IMG/VR virus record: IMGVR_UViG_3300021197_000485 | Coordinates: 259-64,258 of that record | DNA from: a virus | Lineage: Duplodnaviria; Caudoviricetes | DNA: 64,000 nt | Strand: one strand, 5' to 3' | Shown here: in pieces, positions 9,791-19,220 of the stretch | Layout: each line of letters opens with the position of its first letter | Position numbering within the stretch: the first letter of the stretch is position 1 | Notes under the pieces: generated by a model | The model's input: the letters and a program-made list of their open reading frames with translations, nothing else | Told to the model about the DNA's origin: nothing | The model's database searches: none | Made by a program: the position numbers and the translations under genes

Positions 9791-9853
9791 CTCAGCGGTC
9801 AGAGCATGCGGCTCATAATCGCTTGGTCCCCGGTTCGAATCCGGGCTGGCCTA
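9781..9853 (+). tRNA. tRNA with CAT anticodon, probably tRNA-Ile2 (lysidine, reads ATA)
   Basis: Cloverleaf with AGGCCAG/CTGGCCT acceptor, CTCATAA loop, GGTTCGAATCC; CTCATAATCGCTTGGTC resembles bacterial Ile2; no encoded CCA. Confidence 0.88.
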
Positions 9854-9854
9854 C

Positions 9855-9916
9855 TATAAGAGTATGCGAACTGCTGCGACGGCGAAAGCCTTAGTGCTGG
9901 GGGACATGCTCTTATA
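9855..9916 (+). ncRNA. candidate structured RNA filling the tRNA spacer
   Basis: TATAAGAGTATG/CATGCTCTTATA closing stem with an internal GGC-GAAA-GCC hairpin. Confidence 0.4.
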
Positions 9917-9988
9917 CTCCGGTAGCTCAGGGGACAGAGCAACGGCCTTCTAAGCCGTGGGTCGTAGGTTCGAATCCTACTCGGAGTG
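9916..9988 (+). tRNA. tRNA-Arg(TCT)
   Basis: ACTCCGG/TCGGAGT acceptor, ACGGC-CTTCTAA-GCCGT anticodon arm, T-arm GTAGG-TTCGAAT-CCTAC. Confidence 0.93.
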
Positions 9989-9992
9989 CTTT

Positions 9993-10076
9993 GCCCTTGT
10001 GGCGGAACTGGCAGACGCGACAGACTTAAAATCTGTTTCCCGTTAGGGAGTATGGGTTCGAGTCCCATCGAGGGTA
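9993..10076 (+). tRNA. tRNA-Leu(TAA)
   Basis: GCCCTTG/CGAGGGT acceptor, ACAGA-CTTAAAA-TCTGT anticodon arm, long variable arm. Confidence 0.93.
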
Positions 10077-10094
10077 TTAAAGAAAGGAATTTAA

Positions 10095-10484
10095 ATGATT
10101 AAGTACTTGACAATCTTAGTGACTTCCCTTATACTATACGGATGTTCAACAACCAAGATGATAAACCCAACGACTGGCACATTGGAGGCAATGGCAACCG
10201 CTACTACAAGCGGCACTTGCTCCCCAATGCTCAGCTGGTTAGGTGGAGTATGCATCCTTGCAGGGATGGCACTTCTAGTTATATCGCGTGGCACGATGGG
10301 TTGGAGGCCACTTATTGGCGGAAGCGTTTTTCTGCTGATTAACTATGCAATTTCTTTATATGCTAGTTGGTTTTTTATACCAGTCGCTATATGTACCGGG
10401 GCATTGAGCCTCGCTTGGGCTGGTAAAGTTATTTGGAAAATTGTCAACGATGACAAAATTAAACTTAAGGAGCTTAAGTTATGA
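10095..10484 (+). CDS. putative lipoprotein / membrane protein
   Basis: Signal peptide with lipobox LYGC followed by about 3 hydrophobic helices. Confidence 0.7.
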   Translation: MIKYLTILVTSLILYGCSTTKMINPTTGTLEAMATATTSGTCSPMLSWLGGVCILAGMALLVISRGTMGWRPLIGGSVFLLINYAISLYASWFFIPVAICTGALSLAWAGKVIWKIVNDDKIKLKELKL

Positions 10485-10624
10485 TGGAATGGATTAACTC
10501 TGCGCTTGGTACTACGTTCTACAGTATTGTAGTATTTGTTGCTGGCGCTATGATTGGAGCACCTCTCTGGTGCTGGATGAAAAGCAAGTGTCCCTTTATG
10601 TCTAAGTGTGAGAAGTGTCACTAA
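10481..10624 (+). CDS. small membrane protein (47 aa)
   Basis: AAGGAG SD; MMEWINSALGTTFYSIVVFVAGAMIGAPLWCWMKSKCPF...; below the ORF-track cutoff. Confidence 0.65.
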   Translation: MMEWINSALGTTFYSIVVFVAGAMIGAPLWCWMKSKCPFMSKCEKCH

Positions 10625-10633
10625 GGAGTTTTA

Positions 10634-12355
10634 ATGTCTAATGTAATTGAACGAGAACAGTGTCCTGTCTGCGCTAGCCGTGGGCAGGACACTTCTCGTG
10701 ACAACTTGGCTGTATATGACGATGGTCATAAGTATTGCTATTCTTGTAATCACTATGTAAATGGAAACATGAAAAGAATGATTGATAATAAACCACAAAC
10801 AACCAGTAATGGTTTACGTTTTCTCTCTGGTAGTATTACTGCCTTAGGTGAACGTAGAATTAATGAGAAGACCGCTAGGTTCTATGACTACCAAGTCCTC
10901 TCATCTAATGGAAAGAGAGTAGAGATTGCTTCTTTCTTTTCCGAAGGACGGATCATTGCCCAGAAACTGCGTGGACCTAATAAGGTTTTCCAGTGGAGGG
11001 GTGAGACATCTAATAGCCCATTGTGGGGACAGCACCTTTGGAAGAGTAAGAAAGGTAAGCGTCTTGTTATTACTGAGGGTGAGATTGACTGCATGAGTGT
11101 GAGTCAGCTCTTGGATAATAAGTGGCCTGTAGTTAGCCTGCCTAACGGTGCGGCTGGGGCTGAGCGTGCTATCCGTGACAACCTTGAGTTTGTCAGTAGC
11201 TACGAAGAAGTTGTCTTGATGTTTGATCAGGATGATGCGGGCAAAGATGCGGCTAAGAAAGTTGCAGAGCTCCTGCCTCCCGGTAAGTGTAAGATTGCTA
11301 GCCTCCCTTACAAAGATGCGAATGAGTGTCTTGTAAAGAATGCAGGTAAGGCTGTTGTGCAGGCCATGTGGGAAGCACAGCAGTATTCTCCCGATGAGAT
11401 CTTGCATGTATCTAAGGTTGCTAACACTGAATCAATGGATAATGTGAGAGTATACCCCTTCCCGTTTGATAACCTGTCTGAGTTTCTTCTTGGTCAGCGT
11501 AGTGGGGAGATTACACTATGGGCCTCAGGTACAGGCAGTGGTAAGTCTACCATACTTCGTGAGATCATCCACCACCACCTTGAAGAAGGTCGTAGTGTTG
11601 GTGCTATCATGCTTGAAGAATCACCGCAGGAAACTGTAGATGATATTGTATCTTTGATCTTGAACAAACCAGTACGTGCTATTAGAGCTAAGAAGATTAT
11701 GAATGATCTTCGTGTTAAGCTTGGTAAGGATCCAATTAGTATTGATGTAATTGATGATCTAACTGATGAGGAGTATGCCCATGCAAGGCAACATCTTGAG
11801 AACTCATCACTGTATGTATACGATCACCTTGGTAACAATGCTTTGCAAAACCTTTGTGCTCGTATTGAATTCATGGCTGTATCATTGCAGGTAGATGTGA
11901 TTGTTATTGATCACATTACTGCGGCAGCTGCTGGTCTTCTGACTAGTGAGAATGATTTCGATGGTGGTTCTTCTGAACGACTCCTGATTGATAACATCAT
12001 GAAGGAACTAAGAGCCCTTGTCTCTCGTACTGGTGTACGGATTGATGTTGTGTCGCAGCTCAAGAAAACCAACAAGGCATACGAAGAGGGTGATCGTATT
12101 ACCCTACAAGATCTGCGTGGCTCTGGTTCTCTAGCCAGTGTACCAAACACTGTCATTGCTCTTGAGCGTGATAGGCAAAACCCTGACTCAAGAGTTTCTA
12201 ATACTACTATTGTTCGTGTTCTAAAGAATAGACTAACGGGTAAATCTGGTATTGCTACCTGCTTGTTCTTTGATCATGGTACAGGTAGAATGAAGGAGCT
12301 TGACTTTGCAATGGATGATGAAGGTCGAATTGTAAACGATTGGGGTGAAGCGTGA
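10634..12355 (+). CDS. DNA primase-helicase (T7 gp4-like)
   Basis: Zn finger CPVC...CYSC, TOPRIM EGEID/FDQD, Walker A GTGSGKST, IDH, LRGSG, LKNR. Confidence 0.97.
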   Translation: MSNVIEREQCPVCASRGQDTSRDNLAVYDDGHKYCYSCNHYVNGNMKRMIDNKPQTTSNGLRFLSGSITALGERRINEKTARFYDYQVLSSNGKRVEIASFFSEGRIIAQKLRGPNKVFQWRGETSNSPLWGQHLWKSKKGKRLVITEGEIDCMSVSQLLDNKWPVVSLPNGAAGAERAIRDNLEFVSSYEEVVLMFDQDDAGKDAAKKVAELLPPGKCKIASLPYKDANECLVKNAGKAVVQAMWEAQQYSPDEILHVSKVANTESMDNVRVYPFPFDNLSEFLLGQRSGEITLWASGTGSGKSTILREIIHHHLEEGRSVGAIMLEESPQETVDDIVSLILNKPVRAIRAKKIMNDLRVKLGKDPISIDVIDDLTDEEYAHARQHLENSSLYVYDHLGNNALQNLCARIEFMAVSLQVDVIVIDHITAAAAGLLTSENDFDGGSSERLLIDNIMKELRALVSRTGVRIDVVSQLKKTNKAYEEGDRITLQDLRGSGSLASVPNTVIALERDRQNPDSRVSNTTIVRVLKNRLTGKSGIATCLFFDHGTGRMKELDFAMDDEGRIVNDWGEA

Positions 12356-12999
12356 TAGTAGTAACCGGTGCAGGTAGGTGTGGGTCTAGTCTTATGATGC
12401 AGACCCTACACCTGCTTGGGGTTCCTATGATTGGGGATCCGGAAAAGGATCAAGGTCGTAATACTTTAATGAGCGAAGATTCTAGTGGAGAACTACGCAA
12501 ACAAATTATTAACATGAACCCTAAGGGTTACTGGGAACTTGCTATCAAAGACATCTATAATATGATAGACTTTGGTTGGCCCGACCATGAGGGTAAGGCT
12601 ATTAAAATAATGGGCGCTGCTTTCACAGAACTTAACACACCTGATATTGAAAAAGTTATTTATTGTAAGAGAAGAGATAGAGATGTGCAAGCAAGGGGGT
12701 TACATAAACTTTCACAGGTTGACTTACAAATTAAAGAGGAGACTAACTCTTCTAATGTGTATGTCAATTGGTTTAAGGGAAAGACAGTTGATGATGTTTA
12801 CTCAAGACAAGAGTTGACATTGAAGCATATTGATTATATAATTAAACACGATAAGATCCCGACCCTTAATGTTGTGTTTGAAGATATTGTAACCAATCCC
12901 ACGGTGGAGATTGAAAGAGTAGTCCAGTTTCTAAACTTAGATGTGGATATTTCTAAGGCTGTAAATAATGTGGATGTACGAAATGAGATTAGCGTTTGA
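12352..12999 (+). CDS. sulfotransferase-family protein
   Basis: N-terminal VTGAGRCGSSLMM (5'-PSB-like loop), NPKGYWE, C-terminal FEDIVTNP..EIERVVQFL. Confidence 0.75.
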   Translation: MIVVTGAGRCGSSLMMQTLHLLGVPMIGDPEKDQGRNTLMSEDSSGELRKQIINMNPKGYWELAIKDIYNMIDFGWPDHEGKAIKIMGAAFTELNTPDIEKVIYCKRRDRDVQARGLHKLSQVDLQIKEETNSSNVYVNWFKGKTVDDVYSRQELTLKHIDYIIKHDKIPTLNVVFEDIVTNPTVEIERVVQFLNLDVDISKAVNNVDVRNEISV

Positions 13000-14680
13000 C
13001 ATTGAATCAGATGGGTTAAACGAAATTATTATTGACAAGAAGGGTAATGCTGTGCCAGAAGGTACGCAGGTATGGTGTCTTGTAGCACAAGATATCGATA
13101 CTGAAAACAGATGGACATTCAGAGGTAACGACATTGACTGTGGTGTAGAGTTACTTCGGAATGCTGAGTTAATTATTGGACATAACATCATCATGTTTGA
13201 CATTCCTTTCTTAGAAAGACTATACGGTCCAATCAAAACAAAGGCTATTGATACTCTTATTGTATCTAAGCTTATGTATCCAGACAGACAAGACCATCCC
13301 CTTGGTGGTAACTCACTAGAATGCTGGGGGAAACACTTGGGTCGAGAGAAGATTGACTTCTCCGATGGCTGGGATCAATTCACAGAAGACATGATGACGT
13401 ATTGTATCAGAGATGTTGAGGTTACAGTTGATATATTTAAAGCTCAAGAAAAGTTTATGAGTGAGTTCCCTAGGTCTGTACAGCTTGAGCATATGGTATC
13501 TCAAATTATTGCACGTCAAATTTCTAATGGTATTGGGTTTGATATTAATGCTGCTGATAAACTAGAACAAGATTTGTTTATGGAGAAGGTTGTAATTGAA
13601 GATGAAATGTCTCAAATATTTCCCCCTATTGTGGAAGAAAGATGGTCTGAGAAAACTGGAAAGCAACTTAAGGATAAGGTTACACACTTTAATCCTTCTT
13701 CACGGCAACAGATTGCCGACAGGCTTACAAAGAAGTATGGATGGAATCCTCCTAAGACAGAAAAGGGAAACCCTAAGGTTGATGCTGCGGTACTTAAGAA
13801 ACTTCCGTATACAGAAGCTAAGTCTTTGGTTAGATACTTTGATATACAGAAACTTTTGGGTATGGTTTCTGATTGGATTAACCGTGCTCGTAATTCTAGG
13901 GACGGCAGAATACATGGTTCAGTTAACCCACAAGGTACTGTAACTGGACGCATGACTGCATCCCAACCAAACCTACAGCAAGTGAGTAGTGACTCTAGAT
14001 CTCGTGAGTTGTTCGTCCCTCGTGAGGGCTGGGTACAAGTGGGGATTGATGCGTCTGGTTTAGAGGCAAGGCTTCTAGCTAACCGTATGGCTCCGTGGGA
14101 TAATGGTGAGTACGGAAGAGCTGTAGTCGATGGAGATATTCATTCAACTAACATGCAAGCTACTGGTATTAAAGAAAGGGCTGTCGTTAAGACATTCTTT
14201 TATGGATTTATCTACGGTGCTGGAGATGCTAAGGTTGGTAAGATCATTGGCAAGAACGCACGGGCAGGTAAAGAATTAAAGGAAAAGTTCTTGACTAGTA
14301 TGCCTGCACTAAAAGAATTAATTGAGAATGTTAAGTTTCAAGTAGCAAAGAAGGGAACTATTACCTTGCTTGACAAGCGTGAGGTTCCTTGCCGTGCTGC
14401 TCACAAGGCACTGAATGTCCAACTACAGGGCGATGGTGCTATCTTAATGAAGTTAGCCCAGTGTTTGTTTAGTGCAGAGTTAAATAAGAAGTTTAGGAAT
14501 AAGTTTGCTTTCATGGCAACAGTCCATGATGAATGGCAAATCGAATGCGATCCTTCTATTGCCAAAGAAGTTGGTGAAATAGGTAAGGCTTGTATAACTG
14601 ATGCGGGTAGTAGACTAGGTTGTCTTGTACCCATGGACGGGGATTATCGAATAGGAAGGAATTGGTCAGAATGCCATTAG
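12983..14680 (+). CDS. family A DNA polymerase (T7 gp5-like)
   Basis: Exo FDIESDG/GHNIIMFD/YCIRD; TGRM...PNLQQV; DASGLE; KTFFYGFIYG; VHDE. Confidence 0.97.
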   Translation: MRLAFDIESDGLNEIIIDKKGNAVPEGTQVWCLVAQDIDTENRWTFRGNDIDCGVELLRNAELIIGHNIIMFDIPFLERLYGPIKTKAIDTLIVSKLMYPDRQDHPLGGNSLECWGKHLGREKIDFSDGWDQFTEDMMTYCIRDVEVTVDIFKAQEKFMSEFPRSVQLEHMVSQIIARQISNGIGFDINAADKLEQDLFMEKVVIEDEMSQIFPPIVEERWSEKTGKQLKDKVTHFNPSSRQQIADRLTKKYGWNPPKTEKGNPKVDAAVLKKLPYTEAKSLVRYFDIQKLLGMVSDWINRARNSRDGRIHGSVNPQGTVTGRMTASQPNLQQVSSDSRSRELFVPREGWVQVGIDASGLEARLLANRMAPWDNGEYGRAVVDGDIHSTNMQATGIKERAVVKTFFYGFIYGAGDAKVGKIIGKNARAGKELKEKFLTSMPALKELIENVKFQVAKKGTITLLDKREVPCRAAHKALNVQLQGDGAILMKLAQCLFSAELNKKFRNKFAFMATVHDEWQIECDPSIAKEVGEIGKACITDAGSRLGCLVPMDGDYRIGRNWSECH

Positions 14681-15009
14681 ATACAGTTACAACATTACGG
14701 ATCTATATTGCAGGTCCCATGCGGGGATACGAGAATAACAACCACGAAGCCTTTGATCTTGCGGAAAAGTTCTTAGCAAGTAAGAGGGTTTGGAATCCCG
14801 TCAACCCAGCACGGGTAGATAGGGAAGCTGGAGTGGACCCTACTGATAACATGACTAAGCTTGAACTAAAGGATGCATTAAAGAGAGATGTAGACCTTGT
14901 CTTTGAGTGTGAGTGTATGTACATGTTACGAGGATGGGAAAAAAGTGAGGGCGCTAGAATGGAACACGCTCTTGCTGTTGCTTTGGGATTAGGTATTCAA
15001 TATCAATGA
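14671..15009 (+). CDS. DUF4406 / nucleoside 2-deoxyribosyltransferase-like protein
   Basis: IYIAGPMRG, NPA, GWEKSEGARMEH. Confidence 0.85.
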   Translation: MPLDTVTTLRIYIAGPMRGYENNNHEAFDLAEKFLASKRVWNPVNPARVDREAGVDPTDNMTKLELKDALKRDVDLVFECECMYMLRGWEKSEGARMEHALAVALGLGIQYQ

Positions 15010-15515
15010 GTACACGATGGGTGTCATTTAAGAAACCATCTCTTAGTTATGCTTTTCAAAAAGCTAATGTAAGTGTTGTCTTCTATGATAATAAATATTT
15101 TATTGGGAAAGTAATTAGCTTTTTTAACTGGACACGGCTTCACCATTGTGGTATAATATTCACTATAGACGGTCAATCGGTCTTATTAATGTGTGAAAAG
15201 AATCGCAAATCAAGATTCGTTGATGCTGATATGTTTCATAAAAAATTCTACTATCCCACACACAAACTAGAACTAGGGGATGCAATGGTTTCTATTGGAC
15301 AACTAACTAACTATCTAAAAATTCCTTATATAGGTGACTCAAGAAGTGTTGGTGTCTGGTATCTACTTACTAGACCCATCTTTAGATGTAAGTCTTTGCA
15401 ACCTAAGACTTGCTCATTGTTAGTGTCTAATTTTCTAAGGTTGTGTGGCTTTGGTGTGCGAGATTGCGTTACGCCTAAACAATTATATAGAGAGGTACAA
15501 AAACTATGCAGTTAA
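15006..15515 (+). CDS. permuted papain-like (NlpC/P60 YiiX-like) protein
   Basis: HCGI precedes Y...TCSLLV (His before Cys). Confidence 0.6.
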   Translation: MSTRWVSFKKPSLSYAFQKANVSVVFYDNKYFIGKVISFFNWTRLHHCGIIFTIDGQSVLLMCEKNRKSRFVDADMFHKKFYYPTHKLELGDAMVSIGQLTNYLKIPYIGDSRSVGVWYLLTRPIFRCKSLQPKTCSLLVSNFLRLCGFGVRDCVTPKQLYREVQKLCS

Positions 15516-16225
15516 TTGTAATTGCAGGACAAGCCGGAGTGGGTAAGACAACTCTTGCTCATTATATAGCACAAAATGCTTTTGAAATTGGGCTTGTACC
15601 GAAGATACTTTCCTTTGCCGGTCCTCTTAAGGAAGAGGCAGCAGCCAAAGGATTTGATAAAGAAACGCACCCCCAAGAATACCGAGAGTATTGTCAACGG
15701 GAAGGCGTATTAAAGAGAGAAGAGGATCCAGACTATTGGATCCATAAGTTTGAAGATCAACTTGAAGCTATTTCAATTCAAGAGACTAAAGATCTTAGAG
15801 CTGGTAAATCTTATTGGGAACGCTGTGTTATCGTAGATGACTGCCGTTTTCTTAATGAGTTAAACACCAGTAGGAAATGGAATGCGAGGTTAATCTTTAT
15901 GTCCTACGGAAACCGACCAATGAATGACCCAGATGGAGAGTGGCGACAGCACCCCTCCGAAGAACTGGCTAGTCGTGTGGATAATGAGGAAGAAGATTAC
16001 CGTGATATGTTTAGCCATAGAATTATAAACAACAAGACAGAGAATGACTTAGAAGACAAGGCTAAATTTATGACTCCTATTTGGTGTGGTGTTCACGTAG
16101 AACCCATCGAAGATACTAAACCCTCTTTAAATAAATACATTGAGGAGTTAATTGATTTACTTATGTTGGAAGATCTAGACGATGAGCCGGAAGAAAACGA
16201 AGAGTACGAAGAAGAAGCCGACTAA
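15506..16225 (+). CDS. deoxynucleoside monophosphate kinase
   Basis: GQAGVGKTT, SFAGPLK, PDYWI, DDCRFLNE, HPSE. Confidence 0.88.
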   Translation: MQLIVIAGQAGVGKTTLAHYIAQNAFEIGLVPKILSFAGPLKEEAAAKGFDKETHPQEYREYCQREGVLKREEDPDYWIHKFEDQLEAISIQETKDLRAGKSYWERCVIVDDCRFLNELNTSRKWNARLIFMSYGNRPMNDPDGEWRQHPSEELASRVDNEEEDYRDMFSHRIINNKTENDLEDKAKFMTPIWCGVHVEPIEDTKPSLNKYIEELIDLLMLEDLDDEPEENEEYEEEAD

Positions 16226-16958
16226 AGCCTACCTTGATGGTGACATCTTAATCTATAAGGCAGCTTTTTGGGCGGACTCAGAGAACCCGGATCTAATTCC
16301 AGACAAGGTTGAGCGTGATATCAAACGATGGTTGCCTGAGGGGGTCGATAAGTATATTATCACCCTTTCATGTAGCCGTAAAGAAAACTTTCGTAGAAGC
16401 ATCTGGCCTAATTATAAATTGTTTCGGGATGATTTATATAGGCCGGAGTATTTAGATGAGGTACGAGAGCATATCATTGAAACTTATGACTGCCTTGCTT
16501 TTGATACTATAGAAGCTGATGATATCATGGGTATCTATGCCTCCTCAAATCGGGGTATTGCTGTAACGATTGATAAAGATCTAAAGGGGGTACGAGGCTG
16601 GCACTTTAATCCAGACAAGGATAAGGAGCCAAGGTATATTTCTCCTGACGAAGCCGAAAGATTTTTCTGTGAGCAATGGTTAACTGGAGATAGTACTGAT
16701 GGTATACCGGGACTGTGGAGAATAGGTCCCAAGAAGGCCCAGAAATTTCTAAAGGAGTGGGAAGAAGAGGGATTAGATTGGCATGAGGAGATCATGAAAA
16801 TCTATACCGAAGAGAAATATCACCCTAAGGATACGTGTGGATTGGATTCTAAAACACTAGCCATAGTAATGGGACAGTGTGTACGGATACTATCTAATGA
16901 GAATTTTAATTTAAAAACTAAAAAACTAACGCTTTGGAACCCTAAAGTTGGGCTATAA
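16182..16958 (+). CDS. 5'-3' exonuclease (T7 gp6-like)
   Basis: DGDILIY, NFR..IWPNYK, EADDIMG, DKDL, GDSTDGIPG..IGPKKA. Confidence 0.93.
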   Translation: MSRKKTKSTKKKPTKAYLDGDILIYKAAFWADSENPDLIPDKVERDIKRWLPEGVDKYIITLSCSRKENFRRSIWPNYKLFRDDLYRPEYLDEVREHIIETYDCLAFDTIEADDIMGIYASSNRGIAVTIDKDLKGVRGWHFNPDKDKEPRYISPDEAERFFCEQWLTGDSTDGIPGLWRIGPKKAQKFLKEWEEEGLDWHEEIMKIYTEEKYHPKDTCGLDSKTLAIVMGQCVRILSNENFNLKTKKLTLWNPKVGL

Positions 16959-16978
16959 AGTATAAAGGAGTAAGGTTA

Positions 16979-18889
16979 ATGGACAACTTTGAGCAGTTCA
17001 TAGTTAAGAGTAGGTATTGTAAGTGGATTCCTGAGCAAAATAGGCGGGAAGATTGGTCGGAAACGGTAAGTCGGTTCATGAATTATATGTTAAATCGATT
17101 TGAATTGAACCATTCCCAAAAGGACTTAAAGGAAATTTGGAATTTAATTGAGAAACGAGAGATATTCCCCTCAATGCGAGCGCTAATGACCGCTGGGTCA
17201 GCTGCTGATGTTGATGATGTATGTCTTTATAACTGCTCTTATGTTGCTGTTGATGAGATTAGATCCTTTAGCGATATCATGTATATCCTTTGTTGCGGTA
17301 CAGGTGTAGGCTTTTCTTGTGAAGAAGAAAATACCAGCAAACTTCCTGATATCCCAGAGGAAATTGTACGTGATACAGAACAAACTATTGTGGTCCCTGA
17401 TTCTAGGGTAGGGTGGGCAGAGTCGTTTAAGCAGCTCCTAACCCTTCTGTATGAGGGAACACACCCAACGTGGGATACTTCAAACATTAGGCCCGCTGGC
17501 ACTAGGCTTAAGACCTTTGGTGGGAGGGCCAGTGGGCCGGAACCACTCGAGCGTTTGTTTAGATATGTAGTCAATACATTCATGGCAGCTCAAGGTCGTA
17601 AGCTTACTTCACTTGAGGTACATGATATTGTCTGCCTTACTGGAGAGATAGTAATTGCTGGTGCTGTTCGTAGATCTGCCTTGATTTCATTAAGTGATCT
17701 TCATGATAGTGACATGGCAACTGCCAAGTCTGGTCCATGGTGGGAAACCTCAGGCCACCGTAGTCTTGCTAATAACTCAGCGGTCTACGACAAGAAGCCA
17801 TCTCTTAGTGAGTTCATGAAAGAATGGTCTACTATGTACGAGTCCCGTAGTGGGGAGCGAGGCATCTGTAATCGTCAATCATTATCATGGCTGGCGGAAC
17901 GCAGCGGTAGAGAGACTGAAGGAATTAGATTTGGTACTAATCCTTGCAGTGAGATTATTCTTAGACCCAAACAATTTTGTAATTTAACAGAGGTTGTTGT
18001 CCGACCGGATGACACACTTGAAACTCTTTCAGAAAAGGTAAGGTATGCAACTATTCTTGGAACTATTCAGTCTGGCTGCACTAGATTTTCTTACCTCGAC
18101 AACGACTGGCTTACGAACTGCGAAGAAGAACGCCTCCTTGGGGTTTCTTTTACTGGTGTTTTTGATAATAAACTTATGGCCGGACAGAACGGGCTACCCA
18201 AACTTCGTCATACTTTAAAGAAGCTAAAGGAAGTTGCTGAGGAAACTAATCTTACGTGGTCAGATGCTCTTGGTATCCCTGCAAGCAAGGCTATTACTTG
18301 CTGCAAGCCAAGTGGAACAACCTCTTGTGTAGCAGGAACTTCTTCTGGTATGCATCCTAGATATAGTGAGTACTATATTCGCAGGGTTCGTGTAGACACA
18401 AAGGATCCTATCTGTCAATTTATGATTGATCATGATATACCCCATGAGATTTGTTCGGCTAGACCAGATGCCACCATGGTGTTTAGTTTCCCTATGAAAT
18501 CTCCTGAGGGTTCTATTACCCAAAAGAATTTAGATCCAATAGAACATCTAGAACTTTGGTTAGAGTATCAAAAGACTTGGTGTGATCACAAGCCGTCTAT
18601 TACTGTATCGTACTCTGACGAAAACTTCCTTAAGGTTGGTCAATGGGTGTGGGAAAATTGGGATTACGTAAGCGGGATTTCATTTCTCCCTTACAGTGAT
18701 CATGTATATGAGCAGGCTCCCTTTGAGCCTGTTGGTCCTAGAGATTATAATTTATTAAAGATTGCTATGCCTGACAAGATCGACTGGTCTAAGCTATCTT
18801 CTTATGAAACCGAGGACACAACAACACAGACACAGACTTTAGCATGTACCGGGGGCTCATGTGAAGTCGTAGATTTAGTGGAGCCTTGA
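16979..18889 (+). CDS. nrdJ: class II (B12-dependent) ribonucleotide reductase
   Basis: PSMRAL, YNC, GTGVGFS, LKTFGGRASGP, TNPCSEI, KPSGT, C-terminal CTGGSC. Confidence 0.95.
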   Translation: MDNFEQFIVKSRYCKWIPEQNRREDWSETVSRFMNYMLNRFELNHSQKDLKEIWNLIEKREIFPSMRALMTAGSAADVDDVCLYNCSYVAVDEIRSFSDIMYILCCGTGVGFSCEEENTSKLPDIPEEIVRDTEQTIVVPDSRVGWAESFKQLLTLLYEGTHPTWDTSNIRPAGTRLKTFGGRASGPEPLERLFRYVVNTFMAAQGRKLTSLEVHDIVCLTGEIVIAGAVRRSALISLSDLHDSDMATAKSGPWWETSGHRSLANNSAVYDKKPSLSEFMKEWSTMYESRSGERGICNRQSLSWLAERSGRETEGIRFGTNPCSEIILRPKQFCNLTEVVVRPDDTLETLSEKVRYATILGTIQSGCTRFSYLDNDWLTNCEEERLLGVSFTGVFDNKLMAGQNGLPKLRHTLKKLKEVAEETNLTWSDALGIPASKAITCCKPSGTTSCVAGTSSGMHPRYSEYYIRRVRVDTKDPICQFMIDHDIPHEICSARPDATMVFSFPMKSPEGSITQKNLDPIEHLELWLEYQKTWCDHKPSITVSYSDENFLKVGQWVWENWDYVSGISFLPYSDHVYEQAPFEPVGPRDYNLLKIAMPDKIDWSKLSSYETEDTTTQTQTLACTGGSCEVVDLVEP

Positions 18890-19123
18890 ATGTCTTTACA
18901 CAATACAGATACAATTTATAGAAAACTTAGAATGAATGCTAGTGTTCTTCCTCCTGAGATCCTTCTTTTAATTAGGAATTTAGATGAACGACTTACTACA
19001 ATGGAGAAGATGTTAAATGAAGAAGAAACTAGAACAGAGGAACTTAGCCCCAATCGACGAAAATCTGATAAGTTATCTGAGGGAGAAGTATCCCCCTCTA
19101 ATTTACAAACTGGATCAGACTAA
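18890..19123 (+). CDS. hypothetical protein
   Basis: ORF directly after nrdJ with GGAG SD. Confidence 0.55.
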   Translation: MSLHNTDTIYRKLRMNASVLPPEILLLIRNLDERLTTMEKMLNEEETRTEELSPNRRKSDKLSEGEVSPSNLQTGSD

Positions 19124-19217
19124 TTTAGAATACATAAATGAATCAATCTTTCGTGCGGGACAAATAGATGTTATTGAAAAGATTGAAGCTATATTTAAAA
19201 ACCAACGAAAGGGTTAA
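19017..19217 (+). CDS. small conserved phage protein
   Basis: LISYLREKYP...FRAGQIDVI pattern typical of T7-like genes before the structural module. Confidence 0.7.
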   Translation: MKKKLEQRNLAPIDENLISYLREKYPPLIYKLDQTNLEYINESIFRAGQIDVIEKIEAIFKNQRKG

Positions 19218-19220
19218 CAT

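Noticed and set aside
9799-10068. Minus-strand 89-aa ORF
   Set aside because: Antisense shadow of the tRNA cluster
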